From a virus (Duplodnaviria > Heunggongvirae > Uroviricota > Caudoviricetes), in the IMG/VR virus record IMGVR_UViG_2875697941_000003: a stretch of DNA of 54,981 nt; one strand, given 5' to 3'. The notes under the pieces were generated by a model. The model made no database searches. It worked only from the letters and a program-made list of their open reading frames with translations, and was not told the DNA's origin. This document shows positions 21,802-32,080 of the stretch, one piece after another; the stretch's first letter is position 1, and every line of letters begins with the position of its first letter. A program made the translations under genes and the position numbers.

Positions 21802-22917
21802 TTAAATCCCTGCTTTTCTGAATACCTGTGCATCACGCTCACGGAGTTGCTTCAGCGTCAGCCATTCGCCTTTATCGGTGTAAAATTCATCTGGCGACAT
21901 ACCGCCATCCCGAATCAGCTTTGCCCGGGTTTCCCCCACAATCTGTTTTTGTCTGGTGTAAGGCTGACGCAAAAACCATTCCCTGTAGGTTGTATCTCCG
22001 GCCACCACGCCATCCATGCTGGCCCGCTCAGCCGGGGAAATATCACGAACATCAATACCCAGTTCCTTCGCTGATTTCAGAATGAACGTTTCCGTTGAGC
22101 GGCAGCAGAAATGAATTTTTCCCGGCCCATGCAAATAAGGCACACTGTGACCTACAGGTTTATTATCCAGCGTATATTTGAGGCGATCCCTGATTCGACA
22201 TTGTGGCGTAGTACGATTATCAAGCGTTGATAACCATTGCTTACCCTTAATCAAATCATTATTCGCGCTGGCAAAACTCTCACGGGCAGTAGCAGCAAGA
22301 TGTCCAACCGCTGTTTTTGCAATGCTGGCCGCATTAGCCCGGCTCATCTGCAATGCACCATCCTGAAATCCCTTGCTGACATGTCCCCGAATTTTTCTTG
22401 CGATCTGCTCATTGGTATCCCCCAGCAAAAAACCCTGACGCACCGTATTTGTTATGCGTCTGAGCCGATCCGCCTCAAGATCCAAGGCCCACTCACTGAG
22501 CAGTCGTCCCTGGAATGGTCGCGCCATTGCAGCGGCGTAAAGTGCATCAGAAGATATACCAACCAGAGGGTGAACATCAGCAACAAAATCAGGTAGCAGA
22601 GAATCAAACAGACTTAACTGATAACCAGCCTCATAAATTGCCAGCTCGTTCAGCTCTCCGGAGAGACTGGTAAACATGCTGTTAATAGCAGCGCGGTTAA
22701 CCTCTCTGACACTCGCCAGAAGTGACTCCAGGCGCGTAACGGTAAAACTACCAGGATCGAGGCTGTCCAGTGCTACCAGCAGGCGAGCTGTAAGCTCCGC
22801 ATCGCTGTCATTCAGTATTTTCACCATTCTGGCAGCCACACCAGTGCTATAGCGGGATATCCAGACTGCATGAGCAATTGATTCATCACGCAGCCGTTCA
22901 TTCACGGTTTGCATCAT
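21802..22917 (-). CDS. Head morphogenesis protein (minor head protein, SPP1 gp7 / Mu F-like)
   Basis: Position directly downstream of portal; size; sequence resembles this family. Confidence 0.6.
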   Translation of the reverse strand: MMQTVNERLRDESIAHAVWISRYSTGVAARMVKILNDSDAELTARLLVALDSLDPGSFTVTRLESLLASVREVNRAAINSMFTSLSGELNELAIYEAGYQLSLFDSLLPDFVADVHPLVGISSDALYAAAMARPFQGRLLSEWALDLEADRLRRITNTVRQGFLLGDTNEQIARKIRGHVSKGFQDGALQMSRANAASIAKTAVGHLAATARESFASANNDLIKGKQWLSTLDNRTTPQCRIRDRLKYTLDNKPVGHSVPYLHGPGKIHFCCRSTETFILKSAKELGIDVRDISPAERASMDGVVAGDTTYREWFLRQPYTRQKQIVGETRAKLIRDGGMSPDEFYTDKGEWLTLKQLRERDAQVFRKAGI

Positions 22918-24304
22918 TGATTTCCATCAACATTACACTCTGATTTTTTAATTCATCGATCACATCCTCTGGACGGGAATCCTGATCGATAAATTTCAAC
23001 GCCTGCAACACCCGAACCGCATCAATCTGACGTATATCACCGCCCTGACGCAATGACTGAACAGCCAGCGCGGAGGATGAGTCAAACACCTGGGCAGATA
23101 CATCCAGTTCAGTGCGCACATCCACATTGCCACCGCAACTCTCTCCGCTCCATTCCGCCATTATCTGGAGAATATTATCGAGGGCATCTTCGAGGGAGTT
23201 CGCCATTGTATAAAGCGGCGAGTGTTCCTGCATCCGCTCTTCATTAGTCTGATCAACAGATTTGGTGGATGTATTTTCAGCCCGCAGAAGTTTAGCGCCG
23301 GCATGACGCATCTGATTTTCCAGCTTCTCAAGTGATGTTTCGCCAGATTCTATCGCTGCGCCACTATGTTCAACATATTCGAGGCCATTTTTTGTTCTGT
23401 CCTCAAAAATCGTAGCCGTGGATGCACCAACCGTCAGTTCTTCATTCCTGTCCAGCCCGTAGGCCACCAGCAATGGAACGCGGGCAACATGAAGAATATT
23501 GTCCTGCTCGCTCTGGCTTTGCCAGTGCTTGATATTCAGCAAGCCAAGATTAAGCAATGGCGGTGTACCACGCATAAACCCTGTTTTCTTCGTATACAGT
23601 GTTACCAGAGGAATATCATCACGGCTGGTATTCCATGACTCATGAAGCATCCAGACAGATTCGCCATTAGTACCTTCGCTGCGTCGATAAATTTCTACTC
23701 GACGGGGCATAATATGGCGGATCTGCTCCACCTTCTTCTGCCCGAAATCATCACCATCAATAATGATGACCTCTTTTATACGCAAATCAGTGAGAACAAC
23801 TTTCCCTTTTTCAACTTTCGATTTCCATCCAATAACCTGGCGTGGATTCAGCATCGTAACGTACGGGCGACCACCGGCCGCGTTTTCATCGGCTTTTGTC
23901 CGAATCTCGTTCATATCCGTTCGTGGATAGTCCACCAGCGCATGTGCCACACCATACTGAAATGCGAGACTGAAAAATTGCTGCGCCCACACATCCAGTC
24001 GGCTCCCCTCCATGTCGATATTTTCTGCATATTCCCTGATTTTTTCCGGCGTTTCCTCACTCAATACTGTCGGCTCTGCAAATATGCGCCCAATATTTTG
24101 TTTGATGCTTTCTTCATACACAGGAAGTAACGTAGCCACAGACAGGCGTTTTTTATAAGCGTCTTCATCTTCATTAGGCCATTTGGGGAGATAATTTTCC
24201 CCCTGCCTGCGCATTTCAAGCGTACCGCCCATCAATGCGTCGTTAATATCCCACGCCTCCAGCATATCGTTATAGTCGAGGTTGGGTGTTGATATATCAG
24301 CCAT
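22898..24304 (-). CDS. Portal protein
   Basis: 468 aa, directly downstream of terminase large subunit. Confidence 0.7.
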   Translation of the reverse strand: MADISTPNLDYNDMLEAWDINDALMGGTLEMRRQGENYLPKWPNEDEDAYKKRLSVATLLPVYEESIKQNIGRIFAEPTVLSEETPEKIREYAENIDMEGSRLDVWAQQFFSLAFQYGVAHALVDYPRTDMNEIRTKADENAAGGRPYVTMLNPRQVIGWKSKVEKGKVVLTDLRIKEVIIIDGDDFGQKKVEQIRHIMPRRVEIYRRSEGTNGESVWMLHESWNTSRDDIPLVTLYTKKTGFMRGTPPLLNLGLLNIKHWQSQSEQDNILHVARVPLLVAYGLDRNEELTVGASTATIFEDRTKNGLEYVEHSGAAIESGETSLEKLENQMRHAGAKLLRAENTSTKSVDQTNEERMQEHSPLYTMANSLEDALDNILQIMAEWSGESCGGNVDVRTELDVSAQVFDSSSALAVQSLRQGGDIRQIDAVRVLQALKFIDQDSRPEDVIDELKNQSVMLMEINDANRE

Positions 24305-24306
24305 AA

Positions 24307-25617
24307 TTAAATCCGAAGTGATGTGACTCTTCCGGTCGGTTTGACAATAGGGAATTGCTTAACGATGAAATAACCTCCGGCATCATTCGGGTGATCATTG
24401 CCAGATTTTTTATCAGGCTCCCCCTTATCATCCCAGATCTGTTGCTCCAGAGATTCGGCATATACCGGACAACGCTTCACATTAACTTTATAGCGACGCT
24501 CACCATTGGCATTGCAGAACATTGCATTCATTGAGTTAACGCGATCTTTTACTGGCGGGTTCGAGCTGTTCACCACAACGTTAAAACCTGCCTGCTTAAG
24601 CTGGGCTATATCCGTCGTACTTGCGTTACTTGATTTTCTGGAATCTCCGGAAGCATCTGGATAAATATAAATCTCCCTCACTTTCCGGTAATCATGCCCG
24701 TCATACAGCCAGAAGCGTTCTTTAATGAGGCGGATCATATCCGGCGTATCGTAGGCATTGATGATTTCAGTTACCGCACATGGAAGCCCCAAACGCAGCA
24801 CATGGACGATTCCCGCCATCTTTCCAACGTTAAAATCCATCCCAATATAAATCGGCTCCCCTGGCTGCTCCACTTCTTCGCAATTATTCAGTTTCCGGTC
24901 AAACTGATGGTAAACAGTACCACTTGTCAGGTTAGTAAACCGTCCTAGAAGATAGGCTTTAATCAGCTCTGGAGGGTATGATTCAAGAAGTGAAGGAATG
25001 TAATCTGCTGGCAGGTTCTTTTCATTATCGAAAGTAGATGCCTGCACCAGACCATACAGTGAGGCCAGCTCTGTTTTTTCACGCACGGCTTTAACAAACT
25101 GCTCGTAGACAAATTTGAATCCTTCCGGCGTGGTTGTAACGTCAATACCGTTGCGAAGTCCATCAATCTTATAACGCATACGCGCAATTATCTTGCGCCA
25201 CGCCGTTCTGGCTTTTTCCTTCGGCAAAATGTCCAGTTCATCCACCAGCGCATTACCAATTTTGAAACCGACGATCGTTTGTGGCTTCTCCATCGATCTG
25301 CAGATAGTGGTTCCCCGATACTGGCGTCCGTAATAAAAGTGAACCTCTTTATTTCCCTCATTAATTTTTACGTTCAATCCCCAGTCAGCAGCAACTTCTT
25401 CCACTGTAGGGTAAAAAATATCGCGAATTTGGGGATACGTTGGCGCAAAATATCCCTGATTTATACCTGGATGCTCCCAAATCCCCTTGCATATGCCGCC
25501 ACACCCAACCCATGTTTTGCCCGAGCCAAAACCAGCAATATAGGCTTTAAATTTATGGGGCATTGAAAGAAATCGCGCCTGAGGCACATTAAGCGTCGGA
25601 GAGATCATCTTCATCAC
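24307..25617 (-). CDS. Terminase large subunit
   Basis: Walker A-like GFGSGKT near N-terminus, acidic nuclease-type C-terminal half, ~436 aa, position. Confidence 0.85.
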   Translation of the reverse strand: MMKMISPTLNVPQARFLSMPHKFKAYIAGFGSGKTWVGCGGICKGIWEHPGINQGYFAPTYPQIRDIFYPTVEEVAADWGLNVKINEGNKEVHFYYGRQYRGTTICRSMEKPQTIVGFKIGNALVDELDILPKEKARTAWRKIIARMRYKIDGLRNGIDVTTTPEGFKFVYEQFVKAVREKTELASLYGLVQASTFDNEKNLPADYIPSLLESYPPELIKAYLLGRFTNLTSGTVYHQFDRKLNNCEEVEQPGEPIYIGMDFNVGKMAGIVHVLRLGLPCAVTEIINAYDTPDMIRLIKERFWLYDGHDYRKVREIYIYPDASGDSRKSSNASTTDIAQLKQAGFNVVVNSSNPPVKDRVNSMNAMFCNANGERRYKVNVKRCPVYAESLEQQIWDDKGEPDKKSGNDHPNDAGGYFIVKQFPIVKPTGRVTSLRI

Positions 25618-26683
25618 TCCTTAATCTGGCATCAACCACATTAATATTGATCGCCACAGGCTGGGGATGTTCATTATCCTCCACCGTTTCGATCTCTTTG
25701 CGCAGCTTCTGGTTCTCTATTCTGCGCCGTTCAATTTCCAGTTCCTGTAGCCGCTTATCTGCACATAATGCCCCGCCAGCAGAAAGCAAACGCAACAATT
25801 CACGCCGGGCGGCAGCCTTATCCTCCAGCAGGATCTCAACACCGTATTTTCCGAGCTTTGACCCTGCATATAATTGCCGCGCATCCCCATCAAGCAGTGT
25901 GGTATCAGCCATATAAAGCTGTCCTGTTCCCTCACCGCAGCACTTCGGGCAATCAGGATTGGGTATGGCGTTATCAACAAAGCCGAGGCCTCCATATTCC
26001 GGCTCGGGTTTACCATCTCTGGAGGCCTGTGCCGCAGCCTTATCGAATTCTGCAATATCACGCCACTGGTAGAGATGATTCTCGCCCCAGCAATAACGGC
26101 AGTTAACACGGCGAAATTGTGCCAACTGATTGGGGTCGGCCTGGACAATGGCCATCAACTGGCTCACCAGTAAATCCAGGTCTGCGGTATAGCGTTTCTG
26201 GTACTGATTGCGGAAGTAGCTGATAGCACGATAAACCCTGGCATTTCTAAGCATACGGCTGGCGTTGCTGTTAGCTGTCGCACCTTGCCCCTCATAACCA
26301 GCCAGTCGGTATGCCTCTGTCGGCTTTTTCCCCTGAGCAACCAACATGGCGAATTTTGCCTGCTGGTCAGAAATACCGAATTCATCGGGGCAGAACGAAA
26401 TTTCTTCCGTGTCCCCCTCAATCAGGAGTGCATCGGATACAGCCTTTTTTTTCTGAGATTTTCCGTTCTGCCTTTGCGCAGTCTGCGCAGTTTTTTTTCG
26501 CGCACTTTTTTGCGCAGTTTTGCGCATTTCTTTCTGCGCATTTTTCGGAGTTTTTTTGATGTAACGACGGGCTGTTGCGTAGTTCAGTCCCCTTGCTTCA
26601 CACCATGCCACCGGAGATATACCGGAGCGGGTGTATTCAGCAATATACTCCTGCTGCAACGCCCCCCAGTCCGGTCTGCTCAT
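25589..26683 (-). CDS. Terminase small subunit with extra N-terminal HTH and a Cys-rich (CxxC...CxxCC) region
   Basis: Terminase_2-type motif FAMLVAQGKKPTEAYRLAGY...ASRMLRNARV; directly upstream of TerL. Confidence 0.65.
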   Translation of the reverse strand: MSRPDWGALQQEYIAEYTRSGISPVAWCEARGLNYATARRYIKKTPKNAQKEMRKTAQKSARKKTAQTAQRQNGKSQKKKAVSDALLIEGDTEEISFCPDEFGISDQQAKFAMLVAQGKKPTEAYRLAGYEGQGATANSNASRMLRNARVYRAISYFRNQYQKRYTADLDLLVSQLMAIVQADPNQLAQFRRVNCRYCWGENHLYQWRDIAEFDKAAAQASRDGKPEPEYGGLGFVDNAIPNPDCPKCCGEGTGQLYMADTTLLDGDARQLYAGSKLGKYGVEILLEDKAAARRELLRLLSAGGALCADKRLQELEIERRRIENQKLRKEIETVEDNEHPQPVAININVVDARLRSDEDDLSDA

Positions 26684-26686
26684 CAG

Positions 26687-26938
26687 TTAGTCCTGATTTT
26701 TATCCACCCTGAGTAGTTCGCGCAGAGCAAAGGCATCCCCTTTTCTGGCAAGCTTAAACAATGCCGCTCGTAACTCGGCTTCACCTTTCGCTCTGCCCTT
26801 ACGGATGGCCGCATAAAAATCTGTCATTGCTTCCCGATTTTCTTTCAGTCGGTTCAGATCAACATCCAGAACGTCAGCGATTTGTTGTGCAGTCATCCGG
26901 CACGCTGCCAGAGACTCGACTTTCGAATACGGAATCAT
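26687..26938 (-). CDS. Small HTH-like hypothetical protein coupled to terminase small subunit
   Basis: Stop codon 4 nt from the TerS start; HTH-like segment TAQQIADVLDVDLNRL. Confidence 0.45.
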   Translation of the reverse strand: MIPYSKVESLAACRMTAQQIADVLDVDLNRLKENREAMTDFYAAIRKGRAKGEAELRAALFKLARKGDAFALRELLRVDKNQD

Positions 26939-27830
26939 TTGTCACCCCCATTGATATGCAGGGTGTCTTCTTCCTGTATTTTTCGTGAAGGATTTTTACT
27001 GCAGCGTTGTTCCAGGTGACCTGATGGTGAATGCGTTTATGGCTGGCACCCATCAGTGAGATTTTTACGCACGACGGCGAATACATGACGGAGTAAAAAC
27101 TTTTAACGTAGGTTCCGGAATCCAGATACAGCTCGGTCATTCCGCCGCTGTTTTTCTGCGTCTGTTTCTGCCCTAACTGGACAGCACCGATCGTCATAAA
27201 CAATTCACCACAGCGACCGAGATTCGTGTACGTATTCACATCCTCGTTAATGCGCCCCATGAATGAGAACGGTCGATCAACCGAACAGATAAAGCTGTTC
27301 ATTGCCTTGCGTTTCACCCACGAAGCATGGCCGCCATTGTCACCAAGAAAATCCCCGCCCTGCGACATAGCGATGGAAAGCGCGGGTATTGATTCGTAAT
27401 ACGCCAGCATTTCAGAAAGGATCGCATCCAGTTTCCTTATCGGGAAATAGGCCTGGTCATAGTTGCGATCCACCCGAAACTGGAACTCGTGATAATCATC
27501 ATCGAGCTGAATGAAGTATTTACACCCGACCAGTTTTGCCAGGTCGAAACAGGCATTACGGGCGTAAAAAATTGAGCGGCGATCACCAAAATTATCGGCT
27601 TCGTCAAAACGACTGGCAATATCGGCTTTGGAAAATACCAGCACCTGTTCACCAAATTCAGCCATGTACTGATGCCGTGTCTTATCTTCATCATCAACAA
27701 CGATAAAAATTTTCCCGGTATAGCCAGCACGACGCAACGTCCGGTAAGTCAGAACTTTGTCCGGTCGCCCGTGAGTCAGAATAAAGGCGCAAAAATCATC
27801 ACGCATATTCCTCCTCCTCCTCCCCGCCAT
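26874..27830 (-). CDS. GT-A fold (GT2-like) glycosyltransferase-like protein, soluble, ~310 aa
   Basis: FIVVDDEDK and ARNACFDLAKLVGCKYFIQLDDDY resemble the GT2 xDD and DxD signature regions; no transmembrane segments. Confidence 0.5.
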   Translation of the reverse strand: MAGRRRRNMRDDFCAFILTHGRPDKVLTYRTLRRAGYTGKIFIVVDDEDKTRHQYMAEFGEQVLVFSKADIASRFDEADNFGDRRSIFYARNACFDLAKLVGCKYFIQLDDDYHEFQFRVDRNYDQAYFPIRKLDAILSEMLAYYESIPALSIAMSQGGDFLGDNGGHASWVKRKAMNSFICSVDRPFSFMGRINEDVNTYTNLGRCGELFMTIGAVQLGQKQTQKNSGGMTELYLDSGTYVKSFYSVMYSPSCVKISLMGASHKRIHHQVTWNNAAVKILHEKYRKKTPCISMGVTNDSVFESRVSGSVPDDCTTNR

Positions 27831-28593
27831 GCATGATCTCCACCATGCGCTGCGTCATTCGGACAAATCCATTTTCAATAGCCTGCTGATAATCAATGAT
27901 CACCAGCGCCGACTCCTCGAAAAGGCACTGAATTTCAGCGGGGGCATGAGCGTAATAGTCCGCAATTCTGCTGAAATTAAACACTGTGTGACGTTCTGCC
28001 GCACACAGGAGGAATTTCTCAATATCAGGATCAAGGGACGCCGAACGTATCCGGCTGATCAGCTCCTGAGTTTTCGTATCGTCGTACAGTTCACTGATAT
28101 CCGGTTTACCGCCCGACGGCTCATAAACAGGCGTATCAATTTTCGTCGTATACGGCTCCTCCTCATTTCCTGTACCGGGCAAAACATCCGTCAACAGTTC
28201 ATCAATTTCTGTCGGGATGAAGCCTGTCAGGGAGACATCAAAATCAGCATTGATTAGGTCCGACAGCTCCATCCGCAACAGATCTTCATCCCAGCCAGCA
28301 TTCATCGGCAGGCGATTATCTGCCAGGCGGTACGCCTTTTTCTGCTCATCCGTCAGGCCAGACAGAACAATGACCGGAACAGAATCCATTTTGAGCATTT
28401 CAGCCGCCATAACACGACCGTGACCCGCAATAATTTCGCCCTTTTCGTCAATCAGCACCGGATTAGTCCAGCCGAATTGCTTAATACTTTCTACCAGTTG
28501 TGCCACCTGCTCAGGGCTGTGCGTCCTGGCGTTGTGCGCATACGGTGACAATTCTTGTAATGGGCGATAGACTATCTTTAATTTCTCGCTCAT
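27799..28593 (-). CDS. ParB-like nuclease domain protein (ParB/Srx N-terminal domain), 264 aa
   Basis: ParB box-like motif IIAGHGRVMAA in the N-terminal domain; acidic C-terminal tail. Confidence 0.7.
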   Translation of the reverse strand: MSEKLKIVYRPLQELSPYAHNARTHSPEQVAQLVESIKQFGWTNPVLIDEKGEIIAGHGRVMAAEMLKMDSVPVIVLSGLTDEQKKAYRLADNRLPMNAGWDEDLLRMELSDLINADFDVSLTGFIPTEIDELLTDVLPGTGNEEEPYTTKIDTPVYEPSGGKPDISELYDDTKTQELISRIRSASLDPDIEKFLLCAAERHTVFNFSRIADYYAHAPAEIQCLFEESALVIIDYQQAIENGFVRMTQRMVEIMHGGEEEEEYA

Positions 28594-28610
28594 ACAGCCT
28601 TGCTTTATGA

Positions 28611-28644
28611 ATAAAACGCACCCCAGCAGCCAGTGCTACTGGGG
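28611..28644 (-). terminator. Possible terminator downstream of trkG
   Basis: Minus-strand hairpin CCCCAG-12 nt loop-CTGGGG followed by TGCGTTTTATTCAT. Confidence 0.35.
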
Positions 28645-28730
28645 ACGGAGGGGTTGCTGGTAAAGTTAGGTATTGGATCAATGAGTGAGTCAACATAATA
28701 TTAAACTCACAATTATAAATCAGCCATATA

Positions 28731-30188
28731 TTAGGAGCGCCAAAAAAAACCTGAAAACAATATAATAACAGGATAAATTTCAAGGCGACCAAGAATCATA
28801 GCTATGCACATTAAACATTTTGCAATGTCATTAAGCACTCCGAATGACGATGCAGTAGCCCCAAAACCTAATCCCATATTATTAATACATGCAGCCACTG
28901 TTGCAAATGATGTAAGAAAATCATATCCCATACCATTTAACACCAGTATAAAAAACACCGTGAAGAGAGTATAAAGAAAAAAGAAACTCCATACAGACCT
29001 CATTACACGATCTGTAACTATCTTCCCTCCTACATTTACACTCAACAACGCTCTGGGATGAGAAAGCTGATTTATCTCATGTTTGCTTTGTTTGAAAAGT
29101 ATAAGAAATCGAAGTGACTTAATTCCACCACAAGTTGAACCTATACATCCCCCAAAGAAACTTGACAACAGCAAAAACACTATCGTGTGCGTGGGCCAAC
29201 TTGCATAATCCTGCGTAGCTAAACCATTATCAGTGAGCATGGAGCTGGCAAGAAAAAACGAATGAATAAAACTTCCATGCAAGTCATACATACCTATATG
29301 CCAGACCTGGAAAGAGGTAACAATGATCACCCCTAAGGCTATTAACAGAAAGAAACGAAGTTCAATATCTCTGATTAAAGGTTTTATCGTTTTCCTGCTA
29401 ATAACAATATACCAAAGAGTGAAGTTGAAAGCCGATAGCAGGGAAAAAGAACCAGCCACCAGCTCAACCAAATAGTTATTAAAATATCCGATACTCTCGC
29501 TATGAGTTGAGAAACCACCAAGCGAAACTGTGGAAATCCCGTGACAAATAGCATCAAACAAAGGCATTCCTGCAAGTCTATAACAGACAATACAAGCAAT
29601 ACCTAATAAAGAATAAGTTATCCACAGTGTCCGTGACGTATCGGCCAGGCGGGGAGTGAGTTTGTCATCCTTAAATGGCCCCGGCATTTCTGACTGATAA
29701 AGCTTTGCACCACCAATACCCAATAATGGCAATACAGCAACCGCCAGAACAATAACTCCTAAACCACCTATAAAATTTAACTGTGACCGATAGTACAAAT
29801 ATGCCCGAGGTAATGAACTAACATCATCAATTACAGTTGCTCCTGTTGTTGTTATTCCAGAAACCCCTTCAAACAGAGCATCAATGAACGTTAAATTAAG
29901 TTCTGAGTCAATCCATAAAGGGAATGCACTAATAACAGAAAACAAAATCCAAAACATTACAATTATAATAAACCCATCACGGGTACGTAATTGAATGCCA
30001 GATTTCTTAGTTGTATACCACGCTCCGCCACCAATGCAAAAAAATATAACGAAAGTTATAAAGAAAACGAACAGGCTTTTTTCTTTATAAAACAATGCTA
30101 CAACCATTGGTGGCAACATTGAAAGACTATAGAGCCAAACCAGGAACCCACACATATGAGTAACAACTCTTACATGAGATGTATTCAT
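28731..30188 (-). CDS. trkG: Trk-system K+ uptake protein TrkG (TrkH/TrkG family), prophage-borne
   Basis: Sequence MNTSHVRVVTHMCGFLVWLYSLSMLPP... recognised as K-12 Rac TrkG; multi-pass membrane protein. Confidence 0.9.
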   Translation of the reverse strand: MNTSHVRVVTHMCGFLVWLYSLSMLPPMVVALFYKEKSLFVFFITFVIFFCIGGGAWYTTKKSGIQLRTRDGFIIIVMFWILFSVISAFPLWIDSELNLTFIDALFEGVSGITTTGATVIDDVSSLPRAYLYYRSQLNFIGGLGVIVLAVAVLPLLGIGGAKLYQSEMPGPFKDDKLTPRLADTSRTLWITYSLLGIACIVCYRLAGMPLFDAICHGISTVSLGGFSTHSESIGYFNNYLVELVAGSFSLLSAFNFTLWYIVISRKTIKPLIRDIELRFFLLIALGVIIVTSFQVWHIGMYDLHGSFIHSFFLASSMLTDNGLATQDYASWPTHTIVFLLLSSFFGGCIGSTCGGIKSLRFLILFKQSKHEINQLSHPRALLSVNVGGKIVTDRVMRSVWSFFFLYTLFTVFFILVLNGMGYDFLTSFATVAACINNMGLGFGATASSFGVLNDIAKCLMCIAMILGRLEIYPVIILFSGFFWRS

Positions 30189-30325
30189 ATCTAAATATTC
30201 TTTCAATTATAACCACCTTGCTGCAATATTATGATTATACTGTATAAAATTTAACTCCTCTTAGATCTTACTTCACTGTTCCTTATGAAACAATCATCAA
30301 AATGAATCATATTGTAGTTAAGATT

Positions 30326-30802
30326 TTACTTTAAACACTGCTCGGTTATGTATTGCTGAGCACCTTCAAGTTGGGCCTGCATCATTACCAGTCGTTCCCG
30401 GAGGGTGAAATAATCCCGTTCAGCGGTGTCTGCCAGTCGGGGGGAGGCTGCATTATCCACGCCGGAGGCGGTGGTGGCTTCACGCACTGACTGACAGACT
30501 GCTTTGATGTGCAACCGACGACGACCAGCGGCAACATCATCACGCAGAACATCATTTTCAGCTTTCGCATCAGCTAACTCCTTCGTGTATTTTGCATCGA
30601 GCGCAGCAACATCACGCTGACGCATCTGCATGTCAGTAATTGCCGCGTTCGCCAGCTTCAGTTCTCTGGCATTTTTGTCGCGCTGTTCTTTGTAGGCGAT
30701 GGCGTTATCACGGTAATGATTAACACCCCATGACAGGCAGACGACGATGCAGATAACCAGAGCGGAGATAATCGCGGTTACTCTGTTCATTGCTGACCCC
30801 AC
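30326..30802 (-). CDS. Spanin inner-membrane subunit Rz (i-spanin)
   Basis: Near-identical to lambda Rz (N-terminal TM, coiled coil). Confidence 0.9.
   Translation of the reverse strand: MGSAMNRVTAIISALVICIVVCLSWGVNHYRDNAIAYKEQRDKNARELKLANAAITDMQMRQRDVAALDAKYTKELADAKAENDVLRDDVAAGRRRLHIKAVCQSVREATTASGVDNAASPRLADTAERDYFTLRERLVMMQAQLEGAQQYITEQCLK
30385..30570 (-). CDS. rzoR: Spanin outer-membrane lipoprotein Rz1 (o-spanin), nested in +1 frame inside Rz
   Basis: [23 protein letters not shown]... lipobox plus PPPPP stretch, lambda Rz1-like. Confidence 0.85.
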   Translation of the reverse strand: MRKLKMMFCVMMLPLVVVGCTSKQSVSQCVKPPPPPAWIMQPPPDWQTPLNGIISPSGNDW

Positions 30803-31200
30803 AAACAGATTTCACGCTCAATCTCACGACGAGTCATGAGACCTTTCCATTGCTTACCGCCAGCATATGTCCAGCGACGTAGCTGATCACATGCGCCTTT
30901 GATATCGCCCTGGTTTATTTTGCGAAGAAGCGTCGATGTTCTGAAATTGCCAGCACCCACGTTGTAAACGAATGAGTANTTCGTGTATTTTGCATCGAGC
31001 GCAGCAACATCACGCTGACGCATCTGCATGTCAGTAATTGCCGCGTTCGCCAGCTTCAGTTCTCTGGCATTTTTGTCGCGCTGGGCTTTGTAGGTAATGG
31101 CGTTATCACGGTAATGATTAACAGCCCATGACAGGCAGACGATGATGCAGATAACCAGAGCGGAGATAATCGCGGTTACTCTGTTCATTGCTGACCCCAC
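30787..31200 (-). other. Chimeric duplicate segment: Rz N-terminus (73 codons), single N at 30979, then endolysin C-terminus; probable misassembly
   Basis: ORF translation switches from Rz sequence to R sequence at the N; the copy differs from the full Rz by a few substitutions. Confidence 0.6.
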
Positions 31201-31679
31201 AAACAGATTTCACGCTCAATCTCACGACGAGTCATGAGACCTTTCCATTGCTTACCGCCAGCATATGTCCAGCGACGTAGCTGATCACATGCGCCTTTGA
31301 TATCGCCCTGGTTTATTTTGCGAAGAAGCGTCGATGTTCTGAAATTGCCAGCACCCACGTTGTAAACGAATGAGTAAAGAGCGCCGCGCGTTGTTTCCGG
31401 TATATCGACTTNGATGTACGGGTTAATTTGTCTGGCGACNGTGGCAAGGTCTTTATTCAAGAGTGNTTTGCATTCTGCTTTGGTATACGTTTTACCGAGC
31501 ATGATGTCTTTTCCTGTATGCCCGTGACATACAGTCCATACACCAACAATATCTTTGTATGGTATGTAGCTGACACCTTCCAGACCATCGTTACCACTTG
31601 GGCCAGTGATTAACACTGATGCTATAGCAATTGCTCCGCCACCAATAGCAGCAACGGCTTTTCGTAATGATGGAGGCAT
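31185..31679 (-). CDS. SAR endolysin (phage 21 R21-type, T4-lysozyme-like muramidase with N-terminal signal-anchor-release domain)
   Basis: N-terminus [26 protein letters not shown] (Gly/Ala-rich SAR TM) and C-terminal lysozyme sequence match R21; three internal Ns. Confidence 0.85.
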   Translation of the reverse strand: MPPSLRKAVAAIGGGAIAIASVLITGPSGNDGLEGVSYIPYKDIVGVWTVCHGHTGKDIMLGKTYTKAECKXLLNKDLAXVARQINPYIXVDIPETTRGALYSFVYNVGAGNFRTSTLLRKINQGDIKGACDQLRRWTYAGGKQWKGLMTRREIEREICLWGQQ

Positions 31680-32080
31680 TATTCACCTCTCGCAGCCTTG
31701 CGCTTATCTTCTTTAATCTTGAAATAAAGGTTTGTCAGGTACGTCAGCAGGCCAAATACCAGGCTACCCAGCACACCTATTGCTGCCCACTGTGAGGGCG
31801 TGACTTTATCGAGCAGCTGTAAAAACCAGTAACCGGCACTACCTGCTGANTTATTCAAGAGTGTTTTGCATTCTGCTTTGGTATACGTTTTACCGAGCAT
31901 GATGTCTTTTCCTGTATGCCCGTGACATACAGTCCATACACCAACAATATCTTTGTATGGTATGTAGCTGACACCTTCCAGACCATCGTTACCACTTGGG
32001 CCAGTGATTAACACTGATGCTATAGCAATTGCTCCGCCACCAATAGCAGCAGCAACGACTTTTCGTAATGATGGAGGCAT
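31679..32080 (-). other. Chimeric duplicate segment: endolysin N-terminus (76 codons), single N at 31850, then pinholin C-terminus; probable misassembly
   Basis: ORF translation switches from R to S sequence at the N; copies differ by substitutions (VVAAA vs AVAA; LLDKV vs LLDRV). Confidence 0.6.
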
